This document shows positions 1 through 10,204 of a DNA stretch of 47,435 nucleotides, one piece after another. Each line of letters opens with the position of its first letter. Positions within the stretch are counted from its first letter, which is position 1. A model generated the notes under the pieces. The model saw nothing but the letters and a program-made list of their open reading frames with translations. It was not told the origin of the DNA and searched no databases. The DNA lies in contig JAGQYH010000001.1 in the NCBI GenBank assembly GCA_020436175.1, forward strand, positions 1-47,435. Reading direction: 5' to 3'. The position numbers and the translations under genes are program-made. Source of the stretch: Bacteroidota bacterium. GTDB lineage: Bacteria > Bacteroidota > Bacteroidia > Chitinophagales > JADIYW01.

Positions 1-131
1 TACTTCGCGGTATGTATTCTTGTGAATTTACAACCTAGTTTGAGCGTGATTTGGAAAAAATGGATGTTGATTTATGGAATTTTAAGTAAAAAGTAATCTT
101 AGTATAACTAATAACAATAAAAAGCAGAACG

Positions 132-1166
132 ATGGCCGGATCAAAAGACGATAAGCAAAAGGCCCTGGAAATGACACTGGGCAAATTAGACAAGATTTAT
201 GGTAAAGGAACAATAATGAAATTGGGAGAAAAGGTTTCTGCCATTGAAAATGTTATTCCTTCAGGATCCTTAGGATTGGATATTGCATTGGGTATTGGAG
301 GTTTTCCAAGAGGAAGAATTGTTGAGATCTATGGGCCGGAAGCATCCGGTAAAACTACCTTGGCCATGCATGCCATTGCAGAAGTACAAAGAAAAGGTGG
401 AATAGCGGCCATGATCGACGCGGAACATGCATTTGATAAGGTTTATGCTCAAAGTTTGGGTGTAGATATCGATAATTTATTGATCTCCCAACCTGATCAT
501 GGAGAGCAAGCATTGGATATAGCAGAACACCTCATTCGCTCAGGGGCATTGGATATTGTGGTGGTCGATTCCGTGGCTGCCTTGGTACCTAAAGCGGAGC
601 TGGAAGGCGATATGGGCGACTCTAAAATGGGTTTACAAGCCAGGTTGATGTCGCAAGCTATGAGAAAATTAACCGGAGCGATCAATAAAACGGGTTGTAC
701 TTGCATCTTTATTAACCAGATCAGGATGAAAATTGGGGTAATGTTTGGAAGTCCTGAAACCACTACCGGCGGTAACGCACTTAAATTTTATGCTTCTGTA
801 AGATTGGATATCAGAAGAACCGGTTCGATCAAAGACAGAGACGGAGAATTGATAGGAAACAATGTTAAAGTGAAAGTGGTAAAGAATAAGATGGCACCTC
901 CTTTCAAAGTAGCAGAGTTTGATATCATGTATGGTAAAGGAATCTCAAAATCAGGTGAAATAACCGATAAAGCAGTGGATTTAAACATTTTTCAGAAGAG
1001 CGGCACATGGTACAGCTATGGTGATACTAAATTAGGCCAAGGCCGAGAAGCGGTTAAAGAACTGTTGGAGGATAACCCTGAAATGATGAGTGAGGTGGAA
1101 GAGAAAATTAAGATTGCCGTATTTGGTGAACAAGCTGTTTTAGCAGAGAAAGGAGAAAAGAAATAA
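132..1166 (+). CDS. recA: Recombinase RecA
   Basis: 344-aa ORF with Walker [10 protein letters not shown]. It shows the conserved RecA core ([38 protein letters not shown]) and typical RecA N- and C-termini. Confidence 0.97.
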   Translation: MAGSKDDKQKALEMTLGKLDKIYGKGTIMKLGEKVSAIENVIPSGSLGLDIALGIGGFPRGRIVEIYGPEASGKTTLAMHAIAEVQRKGGIAAMIDAEHAFDKVYAQSLGVDIDNLLISQPDHGEQALDIAEHLIRSGALDIVVVDSVAALVPKAELEGDMGDSKMGLQARLMSQAMRKLTGAINKTGCTCIFINQIRMKIGVMFGSPETTTGGNALKFYASVRLDIRRTGSIKDRDGELIGNNVKVKVVKNKMAPPFKVAEFDIMYGKGISKSGEITDKAVDLNIFQKSGTWYSYGDTKLGQGREAVKELLEDNPEMMSEVEEKIKIAVFGEQAVLAEKGEKK

Positions 1167-1216
1167 GTTTCAGTTTATAAGCACTTTTGAGTTTTTCTTG
1201 GGAGTATAAGGTGGTT

Positions 1217-2236
1217 TTAAGAACTTAACTTCTTCTGCCATTCCCATGCGCTTCGCATCATTTCATCCAAGTCGTATTGCACTTGCCAGCCCAATTGTTG
1301 GATTGCTTTTGAATTGTCCGCATAAACGGCAACAACATCTCCTTGTCTTCTTGGCCCGATTTTATAGTTAAGGCTTAGATTGTTTACTTTTTCAAAAGAA
1401 GCCACTGCCTCTAAAACAGAAACACCATTACCTGTGCCTAAATTGAAGACATCACAATTTTGTTGCATTTTACCATCCAACATGTATTGCAGCGCTTTGG
1501 TATGGGCATTGGCGATATCCATTACGTGTACATAATCGCGGATACAAGAGCCGTCTCGTGTGTCATAATCATCTCCAAAGATGGTTAGTTCTTGTCGGAT
1601 ACCCATAGCTGTTTGCGTGATATAAGGCACTAAATTAGCAGGCACCCCAATAGGAAGTTCTCCGATTTCAGCACTGTAATGTGCGCCAACAGGATTAAAA
1701 TATCGCAGCAAAATGGATTGATGGTCGGCATTGGCTTTAACAAAATCATTGACAATTGCTTCCCCCATTTGTTTGGTCATGCCATAAGGAGACTCTGCCA
1801 TTCCCATAGGAGCATTTTCATCCACCGGAAGTTTTTGAACGTTTCCGTAAATAGTGCAAGAGGATGAGAAAACAAAATGAGGGATGTTTAAAGCTTTAGA
1901 GGCTTCCAAAATATTAACCAGCGATCCGATATTGTTTTTATAGTATAGTAAAGGATGCTCCACAGATTCTCCAACGGCTTTATAGGCGGCAAAATGAATG
2001 ATGCCATCAATATCTTTAAGATCCTTATAAATGGATTTTAACTCCCCATCATTACTGAGGTCAACTTCAAAGTTTTGAATCTCTTTTCCGGTAATCTTCT
2101 TGACACCATCTAATATGGAAGCCTGTGATCGAGATAAATTATCAATTGAAACCACTTCAAAGCCGTTGTTGATTAAGTCAACAATGGTATGAGAACCAAT
2201 ATAACCACATCCGCCGGTAACCAGAATTTTTGCCAT
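1217..2236 (-). CDS. galE: UDP-glucose 4-epimerase (SDR family)
   Basis: 339 aa with N-terminal Rossmann motif GGCGYIGSH and catalytic YxxxK (YGMTK). Length and overall layout fit GalE. Its ATG directly follows the rfbA stop on the minus strand (TAA then ATG). Confidence 0.85.
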   Translation of the reverse strand: MAKILVTGGCGYIGSHTIVDLINNGFEVVSIDNLSRSQASILDGVKKITGKEIQNFEVDLSNDGELKSIYKDLKDIDGIIHFAAYKAVGESVEHPLLYYKNNIGSLVNILEASKALNIPHFVFSSSCTIYGNVQKLPVDENAPMGMAESPYGMTKQMGEAIVNDFVKANADHQSILLRYFNPVGAHYSAEIGELPIGVPANLVPYITQTAMGIRQELTIFGDDYDTRDGSCIRDYVHVMDIANAHTKALQYMLDGKMQQNCDVFNLGTGNGVSVLEAVASFEKVNNLSLNYKIGPRRQGDVVAVYADNSKAIQQLGWQVQYDLDEMMRSAWEWQKKLSS

Positions 2237-3097
2237 TTATCGAATTAAATTCATCAAGTATTCGCCATAACCGCTCTTTAGCAATGGTTCGGCTAATTTT
2301 TTTAAATGTGCTTTATCAATAAAACCTTTCTTATAAGCCAATTCTTCAATACAGCCTACCTTTAGTCCTTGCCGGGTTTCAATCACCTGCACAAATTGAG
2401 AAGCCTGATGCAAAGAATCAAAGGTGCCGGTATCCAACCACGCCGTTCCTCTATCCAAAATGGAAACTTTCAGCTTTCCTCTTTTCAAATATTCTTTATT
2501 GACATCCGTAATTTCGTATTCACCCCTTGGACTAGGTTTCAGATTAGTGGCGATATCCACCACATCATTATCGTAGAAGTAGAGGCCCGGCACAGCAAAG
2601 TTTGATTTGGGATGCTGCGGTTTTTCCTCGATCGAAATAGCCACCCCATTGTCATCAAAATCTACCACACCGTATCGCTCAGGATCGCTGACATGATAAG
2701 CATAGATGATGCCCCCTTTCGGATCATTGTTTTGCATTAAAAGCTCCTCCAATCCTGATCCGTAAAAGATATTGTCTCCCAAAATTAAAGCAACCTTATC
2801 TCCACCAATAAATTCTTTTCCGATCACAAAAGCTTGTGCCAAACCATTAGGAACTTCCTGAATGGCATAAGTAAATTCACATCCGAACTGTTTGCCATCC
2901 CCTAACAACCTTTTAAAATTGGGCATATCTTGTGGTGTACTAATAATCAGTATCTCACTGATGCCCGCCATCATTAAAGTGGAGATCGGATAGTAGATCA
3001 TGGGCTTATCATAGATGGGCATGATTTGCTTACTGATGGCATAAGTTATTGGATACAATCGGGTTCCTGAACCACCTGCTAAAACTATTCCTTTCAT
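2237..3097 (-). CDS. rfbA: Glucose-1-phosphate thymidylyltransferase
   Basis: 286 aa with N-terminal [11 protein letters not shown]...SKQ nucleotidyltransferase signature and RmlA-like length and C-terminus. Confidence 0.9.
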   Translation of the reverse strand: MKGIVLAGGSGTRLYPITYAISKQIMPIYDKPMIYYPISTLMMAGISEILIISTPQDMPNFKRLLGDGKQFGCEFTYAIQEVPNGLAQAFVIGKEFIGGDKVALILGDNIFYGSGLEELLMQNNDPKGGIIYAYHVSDPERYGVVDFDDNGVAISIEEKPQHPKSNFAVPGLYFYDNDVVDIATNLKPSPRGEYEITDVNKEYLKRGKLKVSILDRGTAWLDTGTFDSLHQASQFVQVIETRQGLKVGCIEELAYKKGFIDKAHLKKLAEPLLKSGYGEYLMNLIR

Positions 3098-3383
3098 TTC
3101 TTTCTATTTTAAACACTTGATCGCGCTAATCAAGTAAACTGTAACAATATGAACTGATTGAAGGAAAAATAATCAGTATATTGCATAAATACACTATTTG
3201 AACTAAAAATCGCTTGCGAATATAATAGAATTAAGTACCTCAGACACAAATAAAATAGGAAATGCTAAATGATTTTCAGGTAAAACAAGCAAGATATTTA
3301 ACGAATATGGTATTTCATTAATAAAAAACTGTCATTTATAATCAAAAGTAGTAAATTAGCGGTCGCTCAAATAAAAAAGGCAT

Positions 3384-4079
3384 ATGTCAGATATTAGTTA
3401 TAAAGTATTAGTCGTTGATGACGAAAGAGACATTTTGGAGTTTTTAAGCTACAATTTGGACAAAGAAGGTTTCGAAGTTTTTACGGAAGATAATGGTAAA
3501 GCTGCTATCGAAACGGCAAAAAAAGAACAACCGGATATCATTTTGTTAGACGTGATGATGCCTGAGTTAGATGGTATAGAAACTTGTCGAGCACTTCGAG
3601 AATTGCCACAGTTTGAGCATACCATCATTGCATTCTTGACGGCAAGAACAGAAGACTATTCTCAGATAGCCGGATTTGAAACGGGTGCAGATGATTACAT
3701 CAGCAAACCGATAAAACCAAGAGTATTGATCAGCCGATTAAAAGCGCTGTTAAGACGATACGACTCAAAAGATACTAAGCCTAACTATATCAGAGTGATT
3801 GATCTGGAAATTGACAGAGAACGATATGTCATAATCTGGAAAGGTGAAGAAATGACGGTTCCAAGAAAGGAATTCGAATTGCTGTATCTTTTAGCTTCTA
3901 AACCGGGCAAGGTTTTTAAAAGAGATGAGATCTTAAATGAAATTTGGGGTAGAGACATCATTGTAGGAGATAGAACTATTGATGTTCATATCAGAAAGTT
4001 AAGAGAAAAATTAGGAGATCATTTAATCAAAACAGTTAAAGGTATTGGCTATAAGTTTAATGAGCAAATGCAGGAATAA
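3384..4079 (+). CDS. Two-component response regulator, OmpR/PhoB family (receiver plus winged-helix DNA-binding domain)
   Basis: 231 aa. The receiver has VLVVDDE and DVMMPELDG (phospho-acceptor Asp) and the KP motif (SKPIKP). The C-terminal trans_reg_C-like domain ends in GIGYKF. Confidence 0.9.
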   Translation: MSDISYKVLVVDDERDILEFLSYNLDKEGFEVFTEDNGKAAIETAKKEQPDIILLDVMMPELDGIETCRALRELPQFEHTIIAFLTARTEDYSQIAGFETGADDYISKPIKPRVLISRLKALLRRYDSKDTKPNYIRVIDLEIDRERYVIIWKGEEMTVPRKEFELLYLLASKPGKVFKRDEILNEIWGRDIIVGDRTIDVHIRKLREKLGDHLIKTVKGIGYKFNEQMQE

Positions 4080-4082
4080 TCA

Positions 4083-5126
4083 ATGAAAACGCCTTCACCG
4101 CGCCAAATTGTATTATTAACCTCATTCTTAATAACTGTAGTTAGCTTAGCCATATTTTTCGGGATCAACTTGATGTTGAGTCTCAATATAACCTTACTTC
4201 CAATTCTAATTTATCCGGCAATTGTATTCTTAGTGGCTTATGTGGTCATTCGATATGCGATAGAACGCTTCGTTAACAGTAAGATCAAGATCATCTACAA
4301 AACCATCGGGAAACCCAGAAAATTTTATCGGGAGTTACGCGATAACAATCGAAATATCATCAGTACGGTTGAACATGATGTAGCCGAATGGGCGATCAAT
4401 AAGAACAAGCAAATCAGAGAGCTGAAAAAACTGGAAACTTACCGACGGGAGTTTGTTGGTAACGTTTCTCATGAATTAAAAACTCCCATTTTTAATGCTT
4501 TAGGGTATATGGAATCTTTGGATGATGGCGGTATGGATAATCTTGCCGTTCGCGATAATTTTCTCAAAAAAGCCATCAAGAATATTGAACGATTGGACAC
4601 CATCGTTAGGGATTTGGAAGATGTGTCGAAGTATGAATCCGGTTCCTTGAAGTTGGAATTGAGCACTTTTGATATCGTTGACCTCATTAAAGATGTGGTG
4701 AATAACATGCAAATTTATGCGGATGAACAAGATATCACCATGCAAATCGGAAAAACCAAAAGTCCGTTAATGGTAGTAGCCGATAAAAGCAAGATTGAAC
4801 AAGTTTTGGTGAATCTAATCTCCAACTCCATTAAATACGGAAAGTATTCGGGTACAACCGATATTCAATTCTACGATTTGGATGAACAGGTACTGATCGA
4901 GATAACGGATAATGGTCCCGGGATTGAAGAAAGTGATCTGCCGCGCTTGTTTGAACGGTTTTTTAGAGCAGAAAAAAGTAGGGCGAGAAAAATGGGAGGC
5001 ACCGGTCTAGGCTTATCCATTGTGAAGAATATCATCGAATCGCATGATCAAACCATCAATGTGAGAAGTGAAGTCGGTATCGGAACCACGTTTGGATTTA
5101 CTTTACAAAAGTACATTCCGGAGTAG
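4083..5126 (+). CDS. Sensor histidine kinase (HisKA plus HATPase_c), membrane-anchored
   Basis: 347 aa with two N-terminal hydrophobic helices. It has H-box SHELKTP, N-box LISNSIKYG, G1 DNGPGI and G2 GGTGLGLSI. It starts 3 nt after the response regulator. Confidence 0.9.
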   Translation: MKTPSPRQIVLLTSFLITVVSLAIFFGINLMLSLNITLLPILIYPAIVFLVAYVVIRYAIERFVNSKIKIIYKTIGKPRKFYRELRDNNRNIISTVEHDVAEWAINKNKQIRELKKLETYRREFVGNVSHELKTPIFNALGYMESLDDGGMDNLAVRDNFLKKAIKNIERLDTIVRDLEDVSKYESGSLKLELSTFDIVDLIKDVVNNMQIYADEQDITMQIGKTKSPLMVVADKSKIEQVLVNLISNSIKYGKYSGTTDIQFYDLDEQVLIEITDNGPGIEESDLPRLFERFFRAEKSRARKMGGTGLGLSIVKNIIESHDQTINVRSEVGIGTTFGFTLQKYIPE

Positions 5127-5135
5127 ACAGGACAA

Positions 5136-5501
5136 TTACTTTGCACTAAGAGCAGCCATATTTTTATCTAAAGTCAACATCATCTTTTCAGCCTTTTTAA
5201 TATCGCTTCGGTTAATATTCGGATTGGCATATATCGTACTTATGGTATCTGCCTGTGCAATGAGGTCAAAGTCAATGGACCGGCAATTGCTGAAAATAAC
5301 AAAACTCGAATCCAACAGGACATTTGAAGGCATGATAACATCAGCATCCATGTAGTTGAGTGCTTCTTTCCAATCTTGGTAGGCTAAATGAAATGCTTCC
5401 TGATTTTTAAGAACCTGCTCTTTGCTGCAATGGCCGGCCTCTTTACAACTAAAAAATATTACCAATAAAAAAGGAGCAATTAAGATGCTTTTAATCCTCA
5501 T
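5136..5501 (-). CDS. Hypothetical lipoprotein
   Basis: 121 aa with a signal peptide ending in a lipobox-like FFSC. No recognisable domain. It overlaps the upstream gene by 11 nt. Confidence 0.5.
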   Translation of the reverse strand: MRIKSILIAPFLLVIFFSCKEAGHCSKEQVLKNQEAFHLAYQDWKEALNYMDADVIMPSNVLLDSSFVIFSNCRSIDFDLIAQADTISTIYANPNINRSDIKKAEKMMLTLDKNMAALSAK

Positions 5502-5988
5502 GCTTCACCAGCTTAAAATCACAATGGTCAGCAAATTGCTTTTGTGCTTCGAGAAAGCTTTCATTGGCCGCCTTTTGATCGGTTTTGAAATGGTCAATTA
5601 GAATTTGCAAGGAATCATATTGTTCATAGGAGATAGAATCAATACCATAATAATATCCCAAGGTTTGATAATCAGATGATACGGCATTTTTATAATAAGC
5701 GAACAAGGCTATGGATGCGGGAATAAATTGATCGTCGCAGTTGGGAGATTCCATTGTTTTGACAGCCTCCAATCCGTTGTTGGCGGTTGCTTCTAAATTG
5801 GCTAAACTTTCTTCAATGGCTATTCTGTCCTTAGATTCTAGGGCTTGTACAAATGTTTCCAAGGTTGCCATCAGTTTTTTCTGATGAACAATTACACTGT
5901 CGTTAATTTTTACCGATGCCTTAGAATTGATCTTTTGACAACCCGCCATGCTTACGGCGATCATAATAAAAATGACAAATACCCTCAT
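5491..5988 (-). CDS. Hypothetical lipoprotein
   Basis: The ORF track extends to 6060, but the internal Met (MRVFVIFIMIAVSMAGCQ) gives a canonical lipoprotein signal peptide, so I place the start at 5988. No recognisable domain. Confidence 0.45.
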   Translation of the reverse strand: MRVFVIFIMIAVSMAGCQKINSKASVKINDSVIVHQKKLMATLETFVQALESKDRIAIEESLANLEATANNGLEAVKTMESPNCDDQFIPASIALFAYYKNAVSSDYQTLGYYYGIDSISYEQYDSLQILIDHFKTDQKAANESFLEAQKQFADHCDFKLVKHED

Positions 5989-6059
5989 GTGGCTGAAATT
6001 ATGACTTTGGATAGTATCATACAAATATATGGCACATTTTGATTTTGGAGAATATTTCA

Positions 6060-6986
6060 TTACCCTCCCAGAATCTGTCCTAATTTTTGAATTTGCTCCG
6101 TAGTCAATAATTGTTGCAGTTGTTGAAGACTTTTGTTCTCTAAAACTTTTAACTTTTTGGCTCTTTCCGAACCGCTGTATTGACTTTTGATCTCTCTTTT
6201 CTCGGCTTCACTTTCTAGAATTAATCGAATAAAAGTATCTGTTTGTTGATCGGAAAGATTAAGTGCTGTTTTTAAATCGTACAACTGATACACTTGAGCA
6301 ATATCTACGTCCTGACCATTCGAAGCGGAACCATCCGGACTTAACTGTCCGCTTGATCTTAGTTGAAAATAGTTTTCATAAGTGGATCTTCCTCCAAGAT
6401 CAATGATTTTAAAATCAGTAACCAAAATACTGGTCAACAAGTCAATTCCGGATTCAGTAGTGATAATACCACTATTTTTAACACTTTCAATAGCTGCTTG
6501 CTGGCGATCATAAGCAACAATAAATTGGTCTTTGGCATTACCGGTAAACCCTAGTTTTTTGGCAATAGAAGCAGCGCTGCCATCTACAACAACATTGGTG
6601 TTATTGCTGTTCATTTGAGAAGTTGGAACTTCGGTTGCGGTCGACGTAACAGATAATGTAGTATTCTGAGTGCCGTCCAACAAAGCTTTATAGGCTTCTA
6701 ATTGATCATTGTTAAGTACCACTTCCAGTTGACTCCTGGTGGTACTTTGATTTTTAGCCATAAGACTCAATTTCTCGATATCCGTCTTGTCGGAATGTTG
6801 TATGCTTTCAAATGTTTGTAAGGCATCACCTAAAATTGTGGTAACTTCCTTTTTTTGATACTCATTTAAATTCAAATGTTCGTCGATAAGGTCTATCATT
6901 GCCAATAAGTCGGCATTTCTGAATTGTTGTGCCTGTCCGGTAAAAAAAATACTAAGTGAAAGGAGAATTATCAAAAATGGTTTCAT
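6060..6986 (-). CDS. Hypothetical secreted protein
   Basis: 308 aa with a cleavable-looking signal peptide (MKPFLIILLSLSIFFTGQAQQ). It is helical and Q/L/E-rich with a central T/S/N-rich linker. No recognisable domain. Confidence 0.5.
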   Translation of the reverse strand: MKPFLIILLSLSIFFTGQAQQFRNADLLAMIDLIDEHLNLNEYQKKEVTTILGDALQTFESIQHSDKTDIEKLSLMAKNQSTTRSQLEVVLNNDQLEAYKALLDGTQNTTLSVTSTATEVPTSQMNSNNTNVVVDGSAASIAKKLGFTGNAKDQFIVAYDRQQAAIESVKNSGIITTESGIDLLTSILVTDFKIIDLGGRSTYENYFQLRSSGQLSPDGSASNGQDVDIAQVYQLYDLKTALNLSDQQTDTFIRLILESEAEKREIKSQYSGSERAKKLKVLENKSLQQLQQLLTTEQIQKLGQILGG

Positions 6987-7194
6987 CTGTATATTTTCTG
7001 TTTTTAATGTTCAAACGGTATTCGCCAAAGAAAAATATTTAAGTAAGGTTGTTATGAATTTAATCTTATGGCTTGTATCATAAATCTGTGTTTATAACAA
7101 AAATGGCAATTTTTATACCATTCTCCACCTAAAACACTTCATTTGAATCATTTAAACCTTAAATTGTTGACTCGAACTTAAATAATTACAGTTT

Positions 7195-8544
7195 ATGCAT
7201 GTAGTAATTATAGGAAATGGCATATCAGGTATTACTTGTGCGAGACATATTCGCAAGAATGGTAATCATGACATTACTGTAATTTCTTATGAAAGCAATC
7301 ATTTTTATTCCAGAACGGCACTCATGTATATTTATATGGGGCATATGAGGTATCAGGATACCAAGCCTTATGAAGATTGGTTTTGGGAGAAGAACAGAAT
7401 AGATTTGGTATATGGCAAGGTAGTTCAAGTTCAACCGGAAAGTAAGCAGATTCAGCTTTCTGATGGTAGTAAGATGGCTTATGATAAACTGGTGATCGCC
7501 ACCGGATCATCTTCCAACAAGTTTAATTGGCCGGGACAGGATTTGCCGGGTGTTCAAGGACTGTATGGTTTACAGGATTTAGAAATGATGAACGATCACA
7601 CCAAAAATATTGAAAGAGCTGTTGTGATTGGTGGTGGATTGATCGGTATTGAAATGGCGGAGATGTTATTGTCCAGAGCCATTCCGGTGACCATGTTGGT
7701 GCGGGAATCAAGTTTTTGGAACAATGTATTACCGGCCGAAGAGTCAGAGATGATCAATAACCATATCCGGAAACACCATATTGACTTGCGTTTGTCTTCC
7801 GAATTAAAAGAGATAAAGGCGGGCAGTGATGGCAAGGTAGGGGCAGTGATCACTACTGAAGGAGAAACAATCAATTGTCAATTCGTGGGTTTAACAGTTG
7901 GAGTGCATCCTAATATTGAGTTCATAAAGTCATCTGCTATTGAGACCAATAAAGGAGTGTTGGTTAATACTTATTTTGAAACCAATATCAAAGATATTTA
8001 TGCAATTGGTGATTGTGCAGAGTTTAAAGACCCCTTACCGGGAAGGAAAGCGATTGAACAAGTTTGGTATACCGGCAAAATGCATGGTGCCTCTTTGGCG
8101 CAGATCATTTGCGGCAATAAAATGCCTTATCAACCGGGATATTGGTTTAATTCTGCAAAGTTTTTAGATATTGAATACCAAACCTACGGTACGGTTCCGG
8201 CTAAAAAAGTCGATAGCCAAAGTGATTTTTATTGGGAGCATAGCAGTCATGAAAAAAGCATTCGCTTAGTATATGATCAAGAAAGTAAGCGGTTTTTAGG
8301 TGCCAATTTATTTGGGTTACGCTATAGACACCATCTGTTTAATCAATTTTTGGAGGAAGAAAGAGATATCAAATATGTGATCGAGCATTTACCGGCGGCT
8401 AATTTTGATCCGGAATTTTACGATCAATATGAGTATTTCTTAAAGGAAGCCTTCAACAAAAGATATCCCGAAAATCGCATTCAGGAAAAGGTGGCGTCAG
8501 GACTGAAATCATTTTTTAAAATTTTTAAGCCTTCAGAAGCATGA
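7195..8544 (+). CDS. NAD(P)/FAD-dependent pyridine nucleotide-disulfide-type oxidoreductase
   Basis: 449 aa with FAD-binding VVIIGNGISG at the N-terminus and a second dinucleotide fold VVIGGGLIGIEMAE. It also has the IYAIGDCAEF motif typical of the Pyr_redox_2 family. Confidence 0.8.
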   Translation: MHVVIIGNGISGITCARHIRKNGNHDITVISYESNHFYSRTALMYIYMGHMRYQDTKPYEDWFWEKNRIDLVYGKVVQVQPESKQIQLSDGSKMAYDKLVIATGSSSNKFNWPGQDLPGVQGLYGLQDLEMMNDHTKNIERAVVIGGGLIGIEMAEMLLSRAIPVTMLVRESSFWNNVLPAEESEMINNHIRKHHIDLRLSSELKEIKAGSDGKVGAVITTEGETINCQFVGLTVGVHPNIEFIKSSAIETNKGVLVNTYFETNIKDIYAIGDCAEFKDPLPGRKAIEQVWYTGKMHGASLAQIICGNKMPYQPGYWFNSAKFLDIEYQTYGTVPAKKVDSQSDFYWEHSSHEKSIRLVYDQESKRFLGANLFGLRYRHHLFNQFLEEERDIKYVIEHLPAANFDPEFYDQYEYFLKEAFNKRYPENRIQEKVASGLKSFFKIFKPSEA

Positions 8545-10115
8545 GTGATCGTTCCCATAAAAGTCTATCAATAGTAGATGCTTTTCAAGAGCCTCTCAGA
8601 CTTAGTCAAAAAGCAAGTTTGGCAATCGTGGGCGTAGGTTTTTTGATTTTGTTGTTAGCGCTGTTTGGAGTGATTGTACAGCCTAAGATCTACTTTCTTG
8701 TCTTGTCAGTTTTCAGTATTTCGGTTGGATCTGTATTGTTCTCAATGGCGACTTACAAGAACAAAACGGAAGGAATCAAAAACAATGGCGTTTTCTTCAG
8801 AAGTTTGACTAGTGGTGGAATGATCGGCTGGATGGCTGCGATCATAATCACCGGTTTTTATGTGATTTTGTATTGGTTTCCACAGTATTTGGGTTTTTTA
8901 GAAGATGGCAATAAAGGATTAATAGCTTTATTCGATCCATTGAGCAGGTTTATTAAAGGGCAACCCGCCAGTCAGTGGTTTGTCTATGGTGTTTTTTATA
9001 CTATTGCGATATTACTGATGGGTATCAAGTTTATTTACAAGTATCGCTATAATAAATATCAGATCATCAGAACACTTTCAGTGATGTTCTTCCAATTGGC
9101 ATTTGCTTTTTTATTGCCTGAAATATTGGAAGCGTTGAACAACGATAAGGCTTATTTTGCCAAAGACCTGAAAAATATCTGGCCACTGAATTATTATTTC
9201 TTTGAAGATTGGCACCTCAACAATATGTTGGATGGCGGATTTTTAGGAAGAACGATGTTGGTTTGGGGAGTCTTATTGATTGTAATTGTATCTCCGGTAC
9301 TGACTTACTTTTATGGTAAAAGATGGTATTGCAGTTGGGTTTGTGGTTGTGGAGGCTTAGCCGAAACTGCCGGTGATCCATTTCGTCAGTTATCGGATAA
9401 ATCCAATGAGTCATGGCAGATAGAAAGAATCATCATTTACAGCGTATTGTTTTTGATCGTATTGTCAACTGGATTGGTTCTTTATACCCGTTTTAGCGGA
9501 CAAGATCTATATTTCCAAACGAACAAGTTTTATGTTTATGGCGGTTTGGCATTATTGGGAGGCTTCTTGTATTTCCTCCAAAGAAGATTTTATCCATTTG
9601 TTCCGCCCAAGCGAATAAGAATTCTAATACCTTCTATTTTAGCAGTTTTAATCGCCGGATTTGAATGGAAGTTTACGCATGGAAGCTCGATTCAATTCAA
9701 CACTTCTAACTTTTCGCAATGGTATGGCTTTTTTATTGGAGCTGCTTTTTCCGGCGTTATTGGAGTTGGATTTTATCCTATAATGGGCAGTAGGGTGTGG
9801 TGCAGGTTTGGATGTCCGCAAGCCGCCATTCTGGGCATATTTCAAAAATATTTTTCAAGATTCAGGATCACTACGAACGGAGGACAATGCATTTCATGTG
9901 GAAATTGTTCTACTTATTGTGAAATGGGCATCGATGTTCGATCCTATGCACAGAAAGGCCAGAATGTGGTTAGAGCCAGTTGTGTAGGGTGTGGTATCTG
10001 CGCAGCCGTTTGCCCCAGAGGGGTTTTGAAATTGGAAAACGGACCTGAAATTCAATCCAAAACAGACATTCAACCGGTTATCATTACACGCGAAGAAGTA
10101 AATATTCTTAGGTAG
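8541..10115 (+). CDS. Polytopic membrane polyferredoxin (NapH/MauN/FixG-like, 4Fe-4S binding)
   Basis: 524 aa with many hydrophobic helices. It has two membrane-proximal Cys motifs (WYCSWVCGCGG and WCRFGCP, the CX3CP type) plus two classical ferredoxin motifs (CISCGNCSTYC, CVGCGICAAVCP). Its start overlaps the upstream stop (ATGA). Confidence 0.8.
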   Translation: MSDRSHKSLSIVDAFQEPLRLSQKASLAIVGVGFLILLLALFGVIVQPKIYFLVLSVFSISVGSVLFSMATYKNKTEGIKNNGVFFRSLTSGGMIGWMAAIIITGFYVILYWFPQYLGFLEDGNKGLIALFDPLSRFIKGQPASQWFVYGVFYTIAILLMGIKFIYKYRYNKYQIIRTLSVMFFQLAFAFLLPEILEALNNDKAYFAKDLKNIWPLNYYFFEDWHLNNMLDGGFLGRTMLVWGVLLIVIVSPVLTYFYGKRWYCSWVCGCGGLAETAGDPFRQLSDKSNESWQIERIIIYSVLFLIVLSTGLVLYTRFSGQDLYFQTNKFYVYGGLALLGGFLYFLQRRFYPFVPPKRIRILIPSILAVLIAGFEWKFTHGSSIQFNTSNFSQWYGFFIGAAFSGVIGVGFYPIMGSRVWCRFGCPQAAILGIFQKYFSRFRITTNGGQCISCGNCSTYCEMGIDVRSYAQKGQNVVRASCVGCGICAAVCPRGVLKLENGPEIQSKTDIQPVIITREEVNILR

Positions 10116-10204
10116 ATTTTATTTCACGCGACTACATGCTTTTGCTTAACATGGATTATACATATTGATAATATCGATATTTATAGTTAAATTGTAGTAG
10201 CCTC

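Noticed and set aside
3098-3383. The long AT-rich intergenic regions (3098-3383, 6987-7194, 10859-11066, 25340-25569, 30690-30857), checked for riboswitches, small RNAs, tRNAs or repeats.
   Set aside because: I saw only short imperfect hairpins of 5-7 bp, no conserved riboswitch-like GC-rich cores and no tRNA-like cloverleaf. They are most simply divergent or upstream promoter regions. I also could not find exact matches to the Bacteroidota TAnnTTTG -7 motif that I could defend by eye.
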